From: a virus
Lineage: Duplodnaviria; Caudoviricetes
Virus record (IMG/VR): IMGVR_UViG_3300035670_000247
Coordinates: 1-57,882 of that record
DNA length: 57,882 nt
Reading direction: 5' to 3' (one strand)
Shown: positions 38,501 to 46,244 of the stretch, piece after piece
Numbering within the stretch: the stretch's first letter is position 1
Layout: each line of letters begins with the position of its first letter
The notes under the pieces: model-generated
The model's input: only the letters and a program-made list of their open reading frames with translations
What the model was told of the DNA's origin: nothing
Databases searched by the model: none
Translations under genes and position numbers: made by a program

Positions 38501-41500
38501 CGACATTACTTGCAATTCCATCATATTCCTTAAAGTTTTCAATCGTATCCCATGATATGTTGGCTAAGTCAGATATTTTCAGCGCGGCGGCGGCTGGGTG
38601 CGCCTTCTTTTGCAAGTCCGGGTAGTCGGCAAGCACCTCGGCGGGGACGGGCTTGCCTTCGGAGAGTGCTCTTTCGATTATTCTCTTGTGCATGGCTTCG
38701 CCCTTAAAGCCATAGAGGTCTACGGTATCTCCCTTTTTATACGTAGGCCGCTCTATGTTTAAGCGCTTTGCCAGTTCTGCCCCGGCTCCAGAATTGAGGC
38801 GGTCAGCTTCTACTTGGTCAAGGACAACCCTCCATAAATTCGTAGGCGCATATTCGGTGGGAGCATTGGTTTTCTTTTTCGTCATCTCCCACGGCTCTTT
38901 GGCCTGCGCCCGCCCGTCCGGATTCTCTTCCGCCTCCGGTCCTGTTGCGGCATCGGTATCCACCGCCAGCTCTTTCCCGTCGATGATCGCCGTGATCTGC
39001 TCCAGCTCCCACTGCATCCGGCCGTCGATCTCCCGATCAAGCGCCAGGTCAAGCTGCTGCCAGTAGTTCACCCGCTCCTGAAGCGCCGCCCGCTTCGCCT
39101 TCTGCTCGTCGTTCCAGGGCGTGGGGTTTCCGGCCTTGAACTGGTCGCGCTCAGTCTCCGCTCTTTCCAGGCTCTGGTCCACAATGCTCCGGGCATAGCC
39201 TTCGCCGGTCGTGATCTGGGCCGCTGAATACCGCGCCCGGTAGTCGCGCTGTGCGGTCTTCGCAAACTCGTCAACCGTCGGCTTCACGTCCGCATCGGGA
39301 TTCACCGCTTGGAAGAATTGCTGCATATCCCCGATCGTATCGAACTGGAACCCTGGCACAGCTCCGCCGGATGATGCCTTGGAATATCGTCCGCCGTTCG
39401 CTTTGGCCTGGGCAAGCAGTTTATCGAACACATCACGCGGAACCACTCTGTTCAACCGCACTACCAGCGCTTCACGCTTCCGCTCCGGGTTCCAGGCGCG
39501 GTACGCCGTCAGTTCCGGCGCGGCTGGAGTAGTTTCGGGCTGGGGTTCCGGTTCCGTTGCAGGTTTCGGCGGCTGGGTCGTCGTTTTGGGTTCACGCTCG
39601 GCAAGCGCGGCAATGGCCAGTTTTACGCCATATTCCGCGTCGCTTCTTACGCGCTCTATGGGCATGGTAAGATAGGGATTCGCTTGATCTGCCGGCCTTG
39701 TTGCCGGTTTTGCTGCTTCCGGTTCAACCGTTTGATTTGTTTTGATACTCGGCGTTCCATCGCCGGATTGACCTGTCTCATCGAGAACTGGAGTAGTCCG
39801 TCCACTGTTATCGGTACCATCCTGTCGCCTGAATTGTTTTTCTCGTTCTGCATTGCTTATTGCTCCTGTCAGTATATCAATCAGTGTTTCTTCGGGCACT
39901 TCGTTTTGGCTGAACAACATTGGTGTGCGCTCGTCGATGCTCTCGACAGACCGCGTATATGTGCCCAGCAAATTTTTAACGTCCTCGATCGCTTTGGACT
40001 CCAGCAACGCCAGCGTCAGGCGCTGCGCCGCGGTATCGTCTGCGCCGAACAGGCCATACTGCCGGAAATACGCATGTTCATTGGCGGCAGTGCCATTGTT
40101 CACGGACTGGCGGGCATGTACCAATTCCTTAATGGCTCGACCCAGCAGCGGGATTATGTCAAATTTAGCATGAGTTTTGGAAATTCGCAAGAGCCCGGGG
40201 GCGGCGGCTACTGCCCCTTTCGCCACGCGCTTGATCTGCGGGTCTTCATTGTTTTCCAGGATGAACGTCACCAGCTCGCGCTGGGCACCGCTGTGTTTCA
40301 ACAAAGCCGCCAGGGCTGCCCTGTTCATGCGTCGTTGAAATGATTCCACCGGAGTGCCATCCGTCGTGGTCATAGCCGCGCCGGCATCAGTCAACCGCAG
40401 AAACGCTCTCCAGAAGGCAGCGTTCTGCATAGCACCCATGTCGCCGTTGACGGGGACATCCAGCAATTTGGCCAGATTGTTCTCCAGGATTACGTCGGCG
40501 TCGAACCATGCCTGCTCAGTTTCAGACATTCCCTGCACAACAGGCCGATTTGACTCGTCCGCAAATTTTTTATCGTCACCGACATTGTCACCGTCATAAT
40601 CTTCGACAACCCTGACCAGCACAGGCTGCTCGACACTGCGCAACAATGCGCTGGGGATTCGTTTCTGTGCTGCAAATGCCTCCAACCATTCCATATACGC
40701 GAGGAACTGCGCACTTTCTGAATTGCTCAAAACCTTGGAGAGCAACCAGCGGCGGCCATATCCGGCGATGATCTCACCGCGTTTGTTGATGATGATTCCG
40801 CCCTGGTCACTCATTGCGCTATCCCCGAGCGCTTCCGGGAAAAAGGTGCGATACATCTCTTCGATTCGTTCTGCACTGGCCTGTCTGTTGCGGTCGCGCT
40901 GCTGCAATCCATCGCCGCCGGTTAAACTGCCCAGATCAACAACTGCCCAATAGCCTTTGGCTACCGTGTGCTTGCGTATATCAGCCGTCTTTGCCCGCCA
41001 CTGCCTTTCCGGTCGTTTCGACTGCTGCCGATTGATGAACGGGTTGACCTTGACTTCATTTTCACGCCCGGACACTCCTTCAGGTGCTTGTGTCTCCTGC
41101 CTGCCTGGCACGTTCTGCACCGGCATCGATACATCTGCCGCACTACGTTTCCGCTGTGCGGTTGAATCGTCGTCCTGTGGTCGTTGCTCGTCCTGTAGGT
41201 ACTGCTCATCGGCTCTCTCCTGCGCTTGTTGCGCTCTCTTCTGTCCGCGCAACGCCTGGATCACTCGCCGCCGCAGCTGCGATCTGTTGCCCGTCGGGTC
41301 CAGCCCCATTTGCTCCGCTTCCTGGCGAAGCTCTTCCACCGACATGTTGTTGATCCGCCGCTTCACGTCACCTATGGTCACGCCAGCCGTCTTCCGCGCT
41401 GTCTTCAGCAGCTCCATCGTCAATTCGCCAGCCGTCTCGAAATCGTCCTGCTGCAATGCCTCGTCGATCTTCTGCCGCGTCTCCGCCGTATCTTTGCGCC

Positions 41501-43595
41501 ACTGCTGGTCCTGCAATGCCCCGGACTGCTCCAGCAATCCGAACACCTCGTCCGCCAGGGCATCGAACGCCGCTGCCGTCGCCATTCTGGCCTCTGCGCT
41601 TTCACGTCGGGAAACCGCAGTGCTCAACAGCACGTTCTGCCGATGCTCGATTTTTTCTCGTACCATGCGGGCAAACGCCCGGCGCTCAGACCGGTTCCAG
41701 CGGTGCCCCGTGCCCAATAGTTCAGTAAGCTGCTTCCGGCTCGGAGTCTCCAGACGCGCCAGGCGCTCGGCGGCGCCGGGGTTGCTATCCAGAAACGCTA
41801 CTGCATCTGTAGCCGTCGGCGCATTGGATCGTGGTTGATTCTGGCCGCGCATGAAATTGTCTATGTCATCTGCATTGTCCTCGTCCGTCCCCAGCGCATC
41901 CTCGCCGGATTCCGGCGGAATAAGCCGTTCAGCATAATTCGCGAGTTCAACATCTGTCATCAGTCCTTCGTTGTACAAGTCGCGGATTTGATCCAGCTCG
42001 CTTCGTGTCCCCGGCACCTGGTCCACCGGTATTCCCAGGCGTTCGGCAATTTCCAGCTTCTGGTCGTCGCCCAGTTCTTCTGCCGGCCGACCGCGCCGAC
42101 CGATAATAACAAACGCTAAATCCACTGTTTCAGCCGGAAGTTTTTCCCCGGATTCACTTTCCGGCGTCTCTCCCATCATCAACGCCATATCGCGCTTTTC
42201 CATTGCATCGTTCAGCGCCTTCAGCTCATTACGCTGTTCGTCCGTCATAGCCGGGCGACCTGTCACCTTGTCTGCAGCATACCCAAGAACCGCCGCGCCG
42301 CCGGGGATCAGCATAAAGCCGCCCAGTTCCGTGATGATCTGCTCCGGCGTCAGGTCGCGCCGCGCCGCTGCCCACAGCCTGGACAGCACGTTCTTCGGGT
42401 TTTCCGATCCGAAATCCTCATTGCCCGTCAGCGCATTAAGGAAACTCGCCGCCCGCTCCTCCGTCCATTCCTCGAACAGATTACCACGGGCTGCCCGTCT
42501 CAGCAGCTGTTTCCCAAACGTTTCGATTGACCCTGTTCGGTCCACCGTCTTCCATGCGTTGTAAACCGCCTTGCGAAAAAGCGCCGCGCCACTCTTTGCC
42601 GCATTCACTGCGCTCGCGCCGCCAGGCAGCTTGGATACGGCTGCGCCCGCGCCGCGCATCAGATAGCCACCCATCAACTCGCTGGACCGCTCAAACGCTT
42701 GTCCCATAAATGCCCGCAACGCGCTTTCAGCTTCGCTTTCGGCGGCATTGCCCAGCGTCAGCTTCCCGTCATTGTCAGATTCGAGGCGACTCTGCCATTG
42801 CCGTCGAACATAATCCTCATACGTCCGGTGTGGCGTCACCGCCGCCAGCACCGTGCCTTTCAGCGCTAGATTTGTTCCCAGCGTCACGCCTTTCTTGATC
42901 TTGGGGGCGTTGGTCAGAATCTTTGCCAGTCCCGGGGCCAGCTTTTTCGTCGCGGCATCCGCCAGCCGTCTGCCGGCAACCATTTCGCCGATGTACGGCA
43001 TCGAGTCCAGCCCGATGTCAACCATGTTAGCCAGCATCGACTTGCTTCGGCTTGCCTGTTCTTTGTCGGCCTGTAATTGTTTGTGAATAAATTCAAACTG
43101 ATCAGGCGTGGCCGTGCCGGCCGCATACGCATCCATCGCCCGCTTCTTGTATCCTGCTTTTATCCCCTTTTGGCCGGCGTTGGCCGCCAGCGCGGCATAG
43201 CCGATTGTTTTGCGCAGGGGGTTATTTGCGGCCGTCAGTGTGCTGGCCGCGCCCAGTACGGTTTCGGTTTTATCCCGGCGGAGCAGCGCTTCGCCCAGGC
43301 CGATATTGCCCTGGCGACGAGGATCATGCGTGTCTGCAAACGCATCCTCGCGTCTGTCGGCCCATAATACCGCAGCGTCGAGCAGATCAGCAAGCACAGG
43401 CTCTGGCCTTGTGTCAGCCTTGAACACGGCATGGTCTTTGCCCAGTGCCGCGCCACGTTTGATCGCCGAATCCAGAATGTATTGATCGTGCCGCTGCCTG
43501 AGAATTTTGGCCTGGAGCGTTTTGACGTCGAGAGTTCCGTCTATGGATGGGACACCGGTGGCATCGTTACTGCGGGAGTCGCGTAGAGAGGGCAT
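26514..43595 (-). CDS. Giant polyvalent internal-virion (ejection) protein, 5693 aa
   Basis: ddrB-ParB-like (LQQRDR..IIAGYGR), DFGEKIGGARKD, LPD1-like (FRGVEFGNW..HEWWH), HEVGH and HELFH zincins, PRTase (IIVDDHVTAGGT), ART-like (YHGT), VEEIQSDWHQ domain. Confidence 0.9.
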   Translation of the reverse strand: MPSLRDSRSNDATGVPSIDGTLDVKTLQAKILRQRHDQYILDSAIKRGAALGKDHAVFKADTRPEPVLADLLDAAVLWADRREDAFADTHDPRRQGNIGLGEALLRRDKTETVLGAASTLTAANNPLRKTIGYAALAANAGQKGIKAGYKKRAMDAYAAGTATPDQFEFIHKQLQADKEQASRSKSMLANMVDIGLDSMPYIGEMVAGRRLADAATKKLAPGLAKILTNAPKIKKGVTLGTNLALKGTVLAAVTPHRTYEDYVRRQWQSRLESDNDGKLTLGNAAESEAESALRAFMGQAFERSSELMGGYLMRGAGAAVSKLPGGASAVNAAKSGAALFRKAVYNAWKTVDRTGSIETFGKQLLRRAARGNLFEEWTEERAASFLNALTGNEDFGSENPKNVLSRLWAAARRDLTPEQIITELGGFMLIPGGAAVLGYAADKVTGRPAMTDEQRNELKALNDAMEKRDMALMMGETPESESGEKLPAETVDLAFVIIGRRGRPAEELGDDQKLEIAERLGIPVDQVPGTRSELDQIRDLYNEGLMTDVELANYAERLIPPESGEDALGTDEDNADDIDNFMRGQNQPRSNAPTATDAVAFLDSNPGAAERLARLETPSRKQLTELLGTGHRWNRSERRAFARMVREKIEHRQNVLLSTAVSRRESAEARMATAAAFDALADEVFGLLEQSGALQDQQWRKDTAETRQKIDEALQQDDFETAGELTMELLKTARKTAGVTIGDVKRRINNMSVEELRQEAEQMGLDPTGNRSQLRRRVIQALRGQKRAQQAQERADEQYLQDEQRPQDDDSTAQRKRSAADVSMPVQNVPGRQETQAPEGVSGRENEVKVNPFINRQQSKRPERQWRAKTADIRKHTVAKGYWAVVDLGSLTGGDGLQQRDRNRQASAERIEEMYRTFFPEALGDSAMSDQGGIIINKRGEIIAGYGRRWLLSKVLSNSESAQFLAYMEWLEAFAAQKRIPSALLRSVEQPVLVRVVEDYDGDNVGDDKKFADESNRPVVQGMSETEQAWFDADVILENNLAKLLDVPVNGDMGAMQNAAFWRAFLRLTDAGAAMTTTDGTPVESFQRRMNRAALAALLKHSGAQRELVTFILENNEDPQIKRVAKGAVAAAPGLLRISKTHAKFDIIPLLGRAIKELVHARQSVNNGTAANEHAYFRQYGLFGADDTAAQRLTLALLESKAIEDVKNLLGTYTRSVESIDERTPMLFSQNEVPEETLIDILTGAISNAEREKQFRRQDGTDNSGRTTPVLDETGQSGDGTPSIKTNQTVEPEAAKPATRPADQANPYLTMPIERVRSDAEYGVKLAIAALAEREPKTTTQPPKPATEPEPQPETTPAAPELTAYRAWNPERKREALVVRLNRVVPRDVFDKLLAQAKANGGRYSKASSGGAVPGFQFDTIGDMQQFFQAVNPDADVKPTVDEFAKTAQRDYRARYSAAQITTGEGYARSIVDQSLERAETERDQFKAGNPTPWNDEQKAKRAALQERVNYWQQLDLALDREIDGRMQWELEQITAIIDGKELAVDTDAATGPEAEENPDGRAQAKEPWEMTKKKTNAPTEYAPTNLWRVVLDQVEADRLNSGAGAELAKRLNIERPTYKKGDTVDLYGFKGEAMHKRIIERALSEGKPVPAEVLADYPDLQKKAHPAAAALKISDLANISWDTIENFKEYDGIASNVGTTFRSAEYIAIDKDGSENRYIVKVARKVSEKEIISSKLENAKKTTKQLQETGARGNSISAMRKHEEMLRRSLDKEGQLRKSLKVASTENPQDVTTIENKGKTKNQIENDKQNLETKADSRPSGAWVKKLLPDENTYNRDKLSDFLEGVSEKYNGAVSWKWQDPLSKIGALSEADENGRQLIDYDKLKKAYQESIVAVPNPSQSSNPAADYPELQKPDGRAQAKEPWEMTLDSFLRTNADVQTLTRRGDELYSATQNGQDIGDQWRDNQDALRKAEDDAGILHKQSVQQAIAAGESVEAEVVSDYLGEPWADEYLSQHRTPDQGLANETFPKETITTQDIFVQARNTQNQRGNPVKSDQTIPANTPLTITGKIELADGGFLHSNIRYVATDKKGYTYRLFEEQYQQSTTQTEESQDTPAEKSGFLSNLSEEDQARGAELQKKLRRKLGGQATAGIDPEILTAGIELTSLYVKAGTRKFAAYAKAMINDLGEKVRPYLKSWYLGARNWPGNEEYRSDMNSEQQLDEMADDIVAAIAPESQAAEAETKTDSETLELESYTEDDVKRERAEAAEKARKEAQQKKIREMQRARIVDNTKGIQGNLLGEDQNLFDVAANNQSKANANASAAARQVPGVIEDFGEKIGGARKDTAGGRQVRRKGQTDEDKPTGWRARYVVQQIQNETRRNRATGEMEDSPRNGKWVLLDLRKKSHSYLSNEPLQISRKEFDTREEAEEILPVAAVAQNHSVYGASDGKFTIYRRLSNKRMVQAVPEMFDSREDAMKHMALHAGEILDARLSFGEEVLLKPTTVDRQGKVRRSGDATVEAFDETFGFRGVEFGNWVSKTEERQEVMNHAFDSFLDLAELLNVPPRAMSLDGELAIAFGARGHGLQGAAAHYERDYAVINLTKMSGAGHLAHEWWHAVDHYFARQDGIATSEKTANQRGDMTYDPKKSSMATEELRRGGASQVRPEVRDAFDNVVATMLSKAETYVEDTEKAEKWLGKARDRLDEELQGIRNNLATEQRYGKRFTAPATPEQLARFDELAQTLLNGESLDTEWMEDDAATKRRKNKYFAGRHTNKVLEEMSAIYKAVRGRTGFSESSDSTFIRLRGVMSRYQDRIETMEEGRKEVVKEKNVPTEFRRQAMAADQARTDKYWSSNPEMAARAFAAYVEDKLTTASAKNDFLVYKAHGTVFVPIYPEGLLKPYPEGEERQAINKAFDKLFDTIKTRETERGVMMYADLTPRQGGLDEQDISETVAREYAGRNTDAPSAQQRRQARQTWQKALAQAKQGDTEGNLARVRLDGRWASSAAFRGLDSIARRNGATAVPVTLPVAAQGGFAQGDSVFIADTPAAENYLVHEVGHVLAERGDRDVTRLIDAVDQNSPAFREVARGLFESRDIQRRYYRDAMNRLGLTDADIADTANQQRVIDAANRAVAEEIAMAYLSGRNDLGKAFADSATAERLQAKIVNRMMNATDNPRFADLAPRGRVEKIQIHTTRRYVTSNYQEDFDKAKAGNADAAARLIENTIKPDKIKKLASRHPNAIVCAVHAEEASGKNAIPQTFAEAIAQIGNLEVDREIVQASKVFHRGKGAAYRLANRPTFAGTVQQNREYIIVDDHVTAGGTLAALRQYIEQSGGIVVDACCLTASHGSTTLELTKNTMSKLLEKFDHVKLYQLIKEFKIGNSPSALSENEAWWLLRNRSVEAARDRLIAERQTTDSQRHERPLPASSIISTDPVTYDDAGNVIPLSERFNELSDDIRRQHVNHGTPHIWQPEPGFPHGRPRLDMIGTGEGNQSYGHGIYFAERDDVAKTYINANARKGYHQFEHDGATYSSMTNRSGKGAFYKNGNLIDKVEYDKAHAISGQSLYKLDIPDDVMPKLLDWDRNVSPENAAKIRRQAERENIDIKDLTIGSTSLYDLNDNEGLGYALGKGGTFYNNLSAVIAEHFNEKAGGDVFWPSDKEASEFLARAGIPGNTHGGVSQGATGAKYVIWDQSVLDRIALLERNGEKLDAIREAEIDRQHKITTMDQLRQEALEYGYADPDLTAQELISKIIESGGDPNVNYEKLERQQESDRARPRTDGFGEGGRNAVHSENGKAGRRHLETLQRLSGLSSGLQERTRQEIAGLTVDEAAAASPKWSEIRRRGEAVGAAVIPVHAPSNNWHGSHWDGFILVNTAAPRNANDATWEETFAHELFHMFVLDSEAPAVSMLDQIDITHPVAQAYRRFIESSDPGYFQNSDHLLAEEIAAELYAGFDTFADGKRTKTLRDTIRNPRIFNDALNTLLDMSAASDSGQADAEYLQAVESGDMETAQKMVDEAAKKAGYVIKAYHGTDKSGITTFETASTHTGFAHFSDSRKVAKRFAELWAKMSNGTPVVYEVFLRNDVQQKQGNDFNENFTEYMANDPSQVKSADPVTRDDQGNVIPLSERFNAASDDIRYSRTGRDMLGFFSPLADAVEGMEFNSIPADQLKARLLKAPSVKQEEIDDLGFFDWLDGVDGKVTKDQVLDFIANGGPRIEEVVKGERWGVWDSDGNLIRHATSEHEARAIADEIGGTISAPTTASPVKHAKWQMEGEKENYREVLIKLPVSADTAPRFTDWMRDKGYRIQDRQQHVAEYQREFPPADQTQFKSSHWSEDPNVLVHMRLNDRMDADGNRVLFVEEIQSDWHQAGRKQGYVPRKPFNALPIEYKVIEQSSPDGKNYAVMKDGEIYGLRSPIREQAIQSALDELNGKLHIGPDGIVPSAPFKKSWAMLAFKRVLRMAAEQGYDAVAWTPGEVQAERYDLSKQVKEIHAFMQKDGGYYVTAIGHNQAAFMQKVIPASKLDETVGKELAAKITAGENMDASYIPPPGENHVSRQTFSEDGLKVGGEGMKGFYDRILPNEVGKFVKKLDKTAGVEKARLEGDLPAGWAIVNTTTGEYFGDAVYDSERDVQIVNRQAGNPTASPNWEIRQVDESAGPEVWSVPITPAIRGEALRGLPMYQHRVPRTAEEAGEAFSRHVQQAANLLRATGSKWKAGLTRPGRQDLSGVDVVLRTLSHSADKVPALKRAHDHAIAYHDTRFQFENDIFNAPDATSRLAVIDDFRKQRPLQYKRLQEYLVKHDRNQTGGSVLENRDGTFTAYSVSKEKLGDFSSDTEAWNAVYLREGRDAQAAGFSEQAVAALYAIRSINDAVYGKLSMSMRQIASEYEDQTGEKFPPVAMKTKDGVAQVDLLAAIASMGQRRGYYMPRIRKPGRFVLSATKDGANPILEMFDTPPFMAARQATLEEQGYTVNTSKSQTPSEDVYSIAGPNIAMQDLINNTLERIHRNPNQYTLADFKIKDTFRETSADGQYDFVVAGTYGKGMQAIFMEQGGRFYDADDGHGKAWHFVGRPNIESDLVRALLEDQAVNPDTELMFAQALARQIANVVREHGSRSSMIMRGDETGENVWTGYEEDPQTAVTLLGKSTAGGLAKNTLARNMTRAITGTDVPYSEWAKQAENPTKEDYHKFVNERRIDSAQQPIAWKQGTDLLQYMLRNEDAMERLFGILRGVASVKYLASFSSPLVNLTALLTSVPGAMRGYAGISELQAFKLLGRTGAAYGKYMAAMKQGKEYTGAYASTIHDIVARGWHEAQYNREAVTALKGKLGRATAKAVDLSMLAFSVTEQINRVATIAATYEAIKSKHQGEWTDAAHEAAMEKAKKVSDRAHGVYGKANLPSWARHPLPRSFWMFKTFTHNYLQTMAELGLKEKQYGAALYMAFSPAVLGGLGASVVSGAVLALLKMVSGGDDPEEDFYKWLEAQFGEPASRFARQGVFSFANVNISGSLRISLRDVIPSTRMEFLGAPGGVMQDIYYGGKSILRGDTLKGAEQLLPRFAAAPVKAYREYTKGITTWSNSPVFYGDEPLRPTALDAIIRGLGFNPARLSAIRERQWNERQVAANYSNKRSDILARFRAYWLQPASSRDHAGLIDLYNQIDEYNIRVHARHPNGEIPLINRSTLKATLSKMARAPKHERLREIE

Positions 43596-43622
43596 GGTAC
43601 ATCCTCGTGGTTCGTGTTGGGT

Positions 43623-44756
43623 TTAGAGTTTTTGCCGCACGGCTATGCGGATCTCTTCGGGGGTCGCTCCTGTCGCCAGCAGCGTTGCCACTGCCTCTAT
43701 GTTGGCTGCGGTTTCTGATTGGCCTATGCGTTGCAGCAGGCTTGTCGCCTGGGATTGATAGCGTTGGTATCGTTCGGTATTTAGATCGTCTTTGGCCCGC
43801 TTGACGCCTTTCTTGTCGCCGATGGCTTCCAGAGCACGCACTTTTTGCTCAAGCTGCGCCAATTTGTCGCCACCCGCTTCGGCAAGCACGAACTGTTCCC
43901 ACTCACCGGGAAATTGCTCCATCAACTCGTTTTCCGTCAACGTTGTCGCGCCCTCGCCAAGCGATGGCCGCAAGCGATCTCGGAAACGGTCCATTAGATC
44001 GAGTTTTTCCTGCGGCGAGAACTGCCCATAAATTTCGTTGTACTCTTTCTGTGCCGCTTTGGCTTGTTCCGCGTCGGCAACCGCATCACCTATTGCGTTG
44101 CTTTGAATTTCCCTTTGATACAGGTCGTGCTCGAACAGCTTTCCGCTCTGGTACTGCTGCTGCCGCGCCCCGGCGATGCTCACCGTTCCCAGTTCGTTAT
44201 TGATCTTCGCTTCCTTCACTCGTTCCGGGTGCATCTCCGCGCTCTGCTCTTGCGCTTGCCGCGCCCCGGCGATGCTCACCGTTCCCAGTTCGTTATTGAT
44301 CTTCGCTTCCTTCACTCGTTCCGGGTGCATCTCCGCGCTCTGCTCTTGCGCTTGCCGCGCCCCGGCGATGCTCACTCTTCCAGCCTCGTTTGTGATCTTC
44401 GCTTCCTTCACTCGTTCCGGGTGCATCTCCGCGCTCTGCTCCCGGTTTTGCCTTGACCCTGCGATGTTTTCTTTCTCGATTGCGTCTGTTCGCCGCTCGC
44501 TGCGCGTTGTGATGTCGTTCTGGAACTGTTGCTGTTTCACCGCGGACGCGTCCAGCTTGTTCTGGCGTCGCATCTGATGCGCCATGAGAGAGTAGTTGCG
44601 CAGATTGGCAGCGCCTTCCTCCCGGCGGCGCATGTCCATCAGGCCGCTGTGCGTAGTCTGTACGGTATTACCGCCGAGCGTCGCCGCCCGCGCCGAGGCC
44701 AGCCCATACTGGCGTTGGTTATCGAGTCCTCGCGTCCGTTTGCTGAACGTCGCCAT
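43623..44756 (-). CDS. Internal virion/ejection protein with 32-aa repeats
   Basis: Helical, Gln/Ala-rich; immediately upstream of the giant gene. Confidence 0.65.
   Translation of the reverse strand: MATFSKRTRGLDNQRQYGLASARAATLGGNTVQTTHSGLMDMRRREEGAANLRNYSLMAHQMRRQNKLDASAVKQQQFQNDITTRSERRTDAIEKENIAGSRQNREQSAEMHPERVKEAKITNEAGRVSIAGARQAQEQSAEMHPERVKEAKINNELGTVSIAGARQAQEQSAEMHPERVKEAKINNELGTVSIAGARQQQYQSGKLFEHDLYQREIQSNAIGDAVADAEQAKAAQKEYNEIYGQFSPQEKLDLMDRFRDRLRPSLGEGATTLTENELMEQFPGEWEQFVLAEAGGDKLAQLEQKVRALEAIGDKKGVKRAKDDLNTERYQRYQSQATSLLQRIGQSETAANIEAVATLLATGATPEEIRIAVRQKL
44161..44468. repeat. 96-bp tandem repeat, about 3.2 copies
   Basis: Units start at 44161, 44257 and 44353. Confidence 0.9.
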
Positions 44757-44782
44757 TGTCGTTCTCCCTGTGCGTTTAGATA

Positions 44783-45919
44783 TTACCGCAGCCGGTAGTT
44801 GATCTGCATCTTAAACGTCGCGCCCGACAAATCATCCGGGCCCGAGCTGCCGTCGTCGAGCTGGTCGATTCTAAGAACCACCTCGTCGCCCGTGTCCAGG
44901 TCCGCGTTCTGATCGGCGGTGACCAGGGTCGAGGCGTATTGTGCCACCCCGGCCTGTAGCGACACGTTCGCCGCCAGCAGTTCAGCCGCGCCGGTCTTGT
45001 CGTACAGATTGAGCAGGTAGCGATTGGTCGCATCCCCCGCGCTGATGGCCGCGTCGCACGACACATACGCTGAAACCACCGTGACATTCGCCGGGGCAAT
45101 CCAGCCCCATACCGCGTCCTGGTCGGCGATGTCAGAACCCGTCGGACTGGCTGTTGGACTGTCCAGAACAATAACCGCCGTCTGCAACCGCGCCGCAGTT
45201 GCAATCTTCGCGACCGTGATTCCGGCATCCTTTAGCTGCAGCGTCCCGGTAGCAATCTCGACTGACGAATTATCCACTGCTGCCGTTGCGGCCGCCGTCA
45301 GGCCCAGCGTTGTCCGCTGCGCTGATGCGTCCGCATCGTCCAGCAACGCCTCGCCCGCCGCTGTCACTGTCACCGCTGAACTGGCGCCGCCAGTGATTTT
45401 GATTAGCCCGTTGTACGCCGAAACATCCGCCTCCAGACCGCCGCGCTCGTGGTCGATGACTGACCCCTGCCATGTCCCGGTGCCGATGGTTCCCGTGGTG
45501 ATGACGTTCGTCGTCCCAGCCCACGTCGATAGCGCCGTGTTCTCCACGTTGTTGAGCGAGAGGTCGGTCTTGACCTCCGCATAGTCGGCAGCTCCCAGCA
45601 GGCTCAGCACATTCGTGCTCGGGGTGATTTCCGCATAGGCGGTCAGGTCCGCGTCGTATGCCTGCACCGTAACGCCGATGTCCGTGTCGAGCACCGCATC
45701 TGTATCTGTCGTGGCCGCATTGATCTCAGCCATTGTGTCCCATTCGGTGTCGAGCGTCACCCCGGATGTCAGCGTCAGCGTCGCCCCGGACAGGTCTAGC
45801 GTTCCCGTGAACTCGATGTCCTGACTGCATACACCGTCGCCCATTTCCAGAAATTCATAACTGGCCGCGTGTGCGTACACCGCCGCCATGATTGCGAGCA
45901 TCGCAAAAAACCGTCTCAT
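44783..45919 (-). CDS. Tail-fibre-like protein with signal peptide
   Basis: MRRFFAMLAIMAAVYAHA leader; fibre motifs DIGVTVQAYDADL, LNNVENTALSTW and LLDDADASAQRTTLGL. Confidence 0.7.
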   Translation of the reverse strand: MRRFFAMLAIMAAVYAHAASYEFLEMGDGVCSQDIEFTGTLDLSGATLTLTSGVTLDTEWDTMAEINAATTDTDAVLDTDIGVTVQAYDADLTAYAEITPSTNVLSLLGAADYAEVKTDLSLNNVENTALSTWAGTTNVITTGTIGTGTWQGSVIDHERGGLEADVSAYNGLIKITGGASSAVTVTAAGEALLDDADASAQRTTLGLTAAATAAVDNSSVEIATGTLQLKDAGITVAKIATAARLQTAVIVLDSPTASPTGSDIADQDAVWGWIAPANVTVVSAYVSCDAAISAGDATNRYLLNLYDKTGAAELLAANVSLQAGVAQYASTLVTADQNADLDTGDEVVLRIDQLDDGSSGPDDLSGATFKMQINYRLR

Positions 45920-45923
45920 TGCG

Positions 45924-46244
45924 TCACCTCACTGATTGCCTGTTGACTGTCATTATGTATTCGGTCTCGCCTGGAACGATTCGTATGGCATCGCCCCAGT
46001 TCTCCAGCGTGATCGAGTCCGTCACTCCGTTCCATGTGTCCGTGCCGTCAGGCGATACCGTGACCGAGTTCGCCGCCGCGCCCTTGACAATGGTCATCCC
46101 CCCGTTATCCGAGGAAAACGGAGGAACCGTCAAGGCCAGGCTTTTATCTGCGGAGTCCGCAATGATAAACTGCCGGCCTGGCGCCGCTGGCAGTCGGATC
46201 GAATCGGTGATCACCTCGATGGTCTGCGGCATGTATCGGCTCAT
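45924..46244 (-). CDS. Fibre-tip-like beta domain, paralog of the upstream gene's C-terminus
   Basis: IVKGAAANS.TV.P...T.NGV is shared with 46241..47032. Confidence 0.65.
   Translation of the reverse strand: MSRYMPQTIEVITDSIRLPAAPGRQFIIADSADKSLALTVPPFSSDNGGMTIVKGAAANSVTVSPDGTDTWNGVTDSITLENWGDAIRIVPGETEYIMTVNRQSVR

Noticed and set aside
26542-43485. Many long plus-strand ORFs opposite the giant gene (e.g. 35610..37175)
   Set aside because: Antisense shadows of a GC-rich coding strand, with no recognisable motifs.
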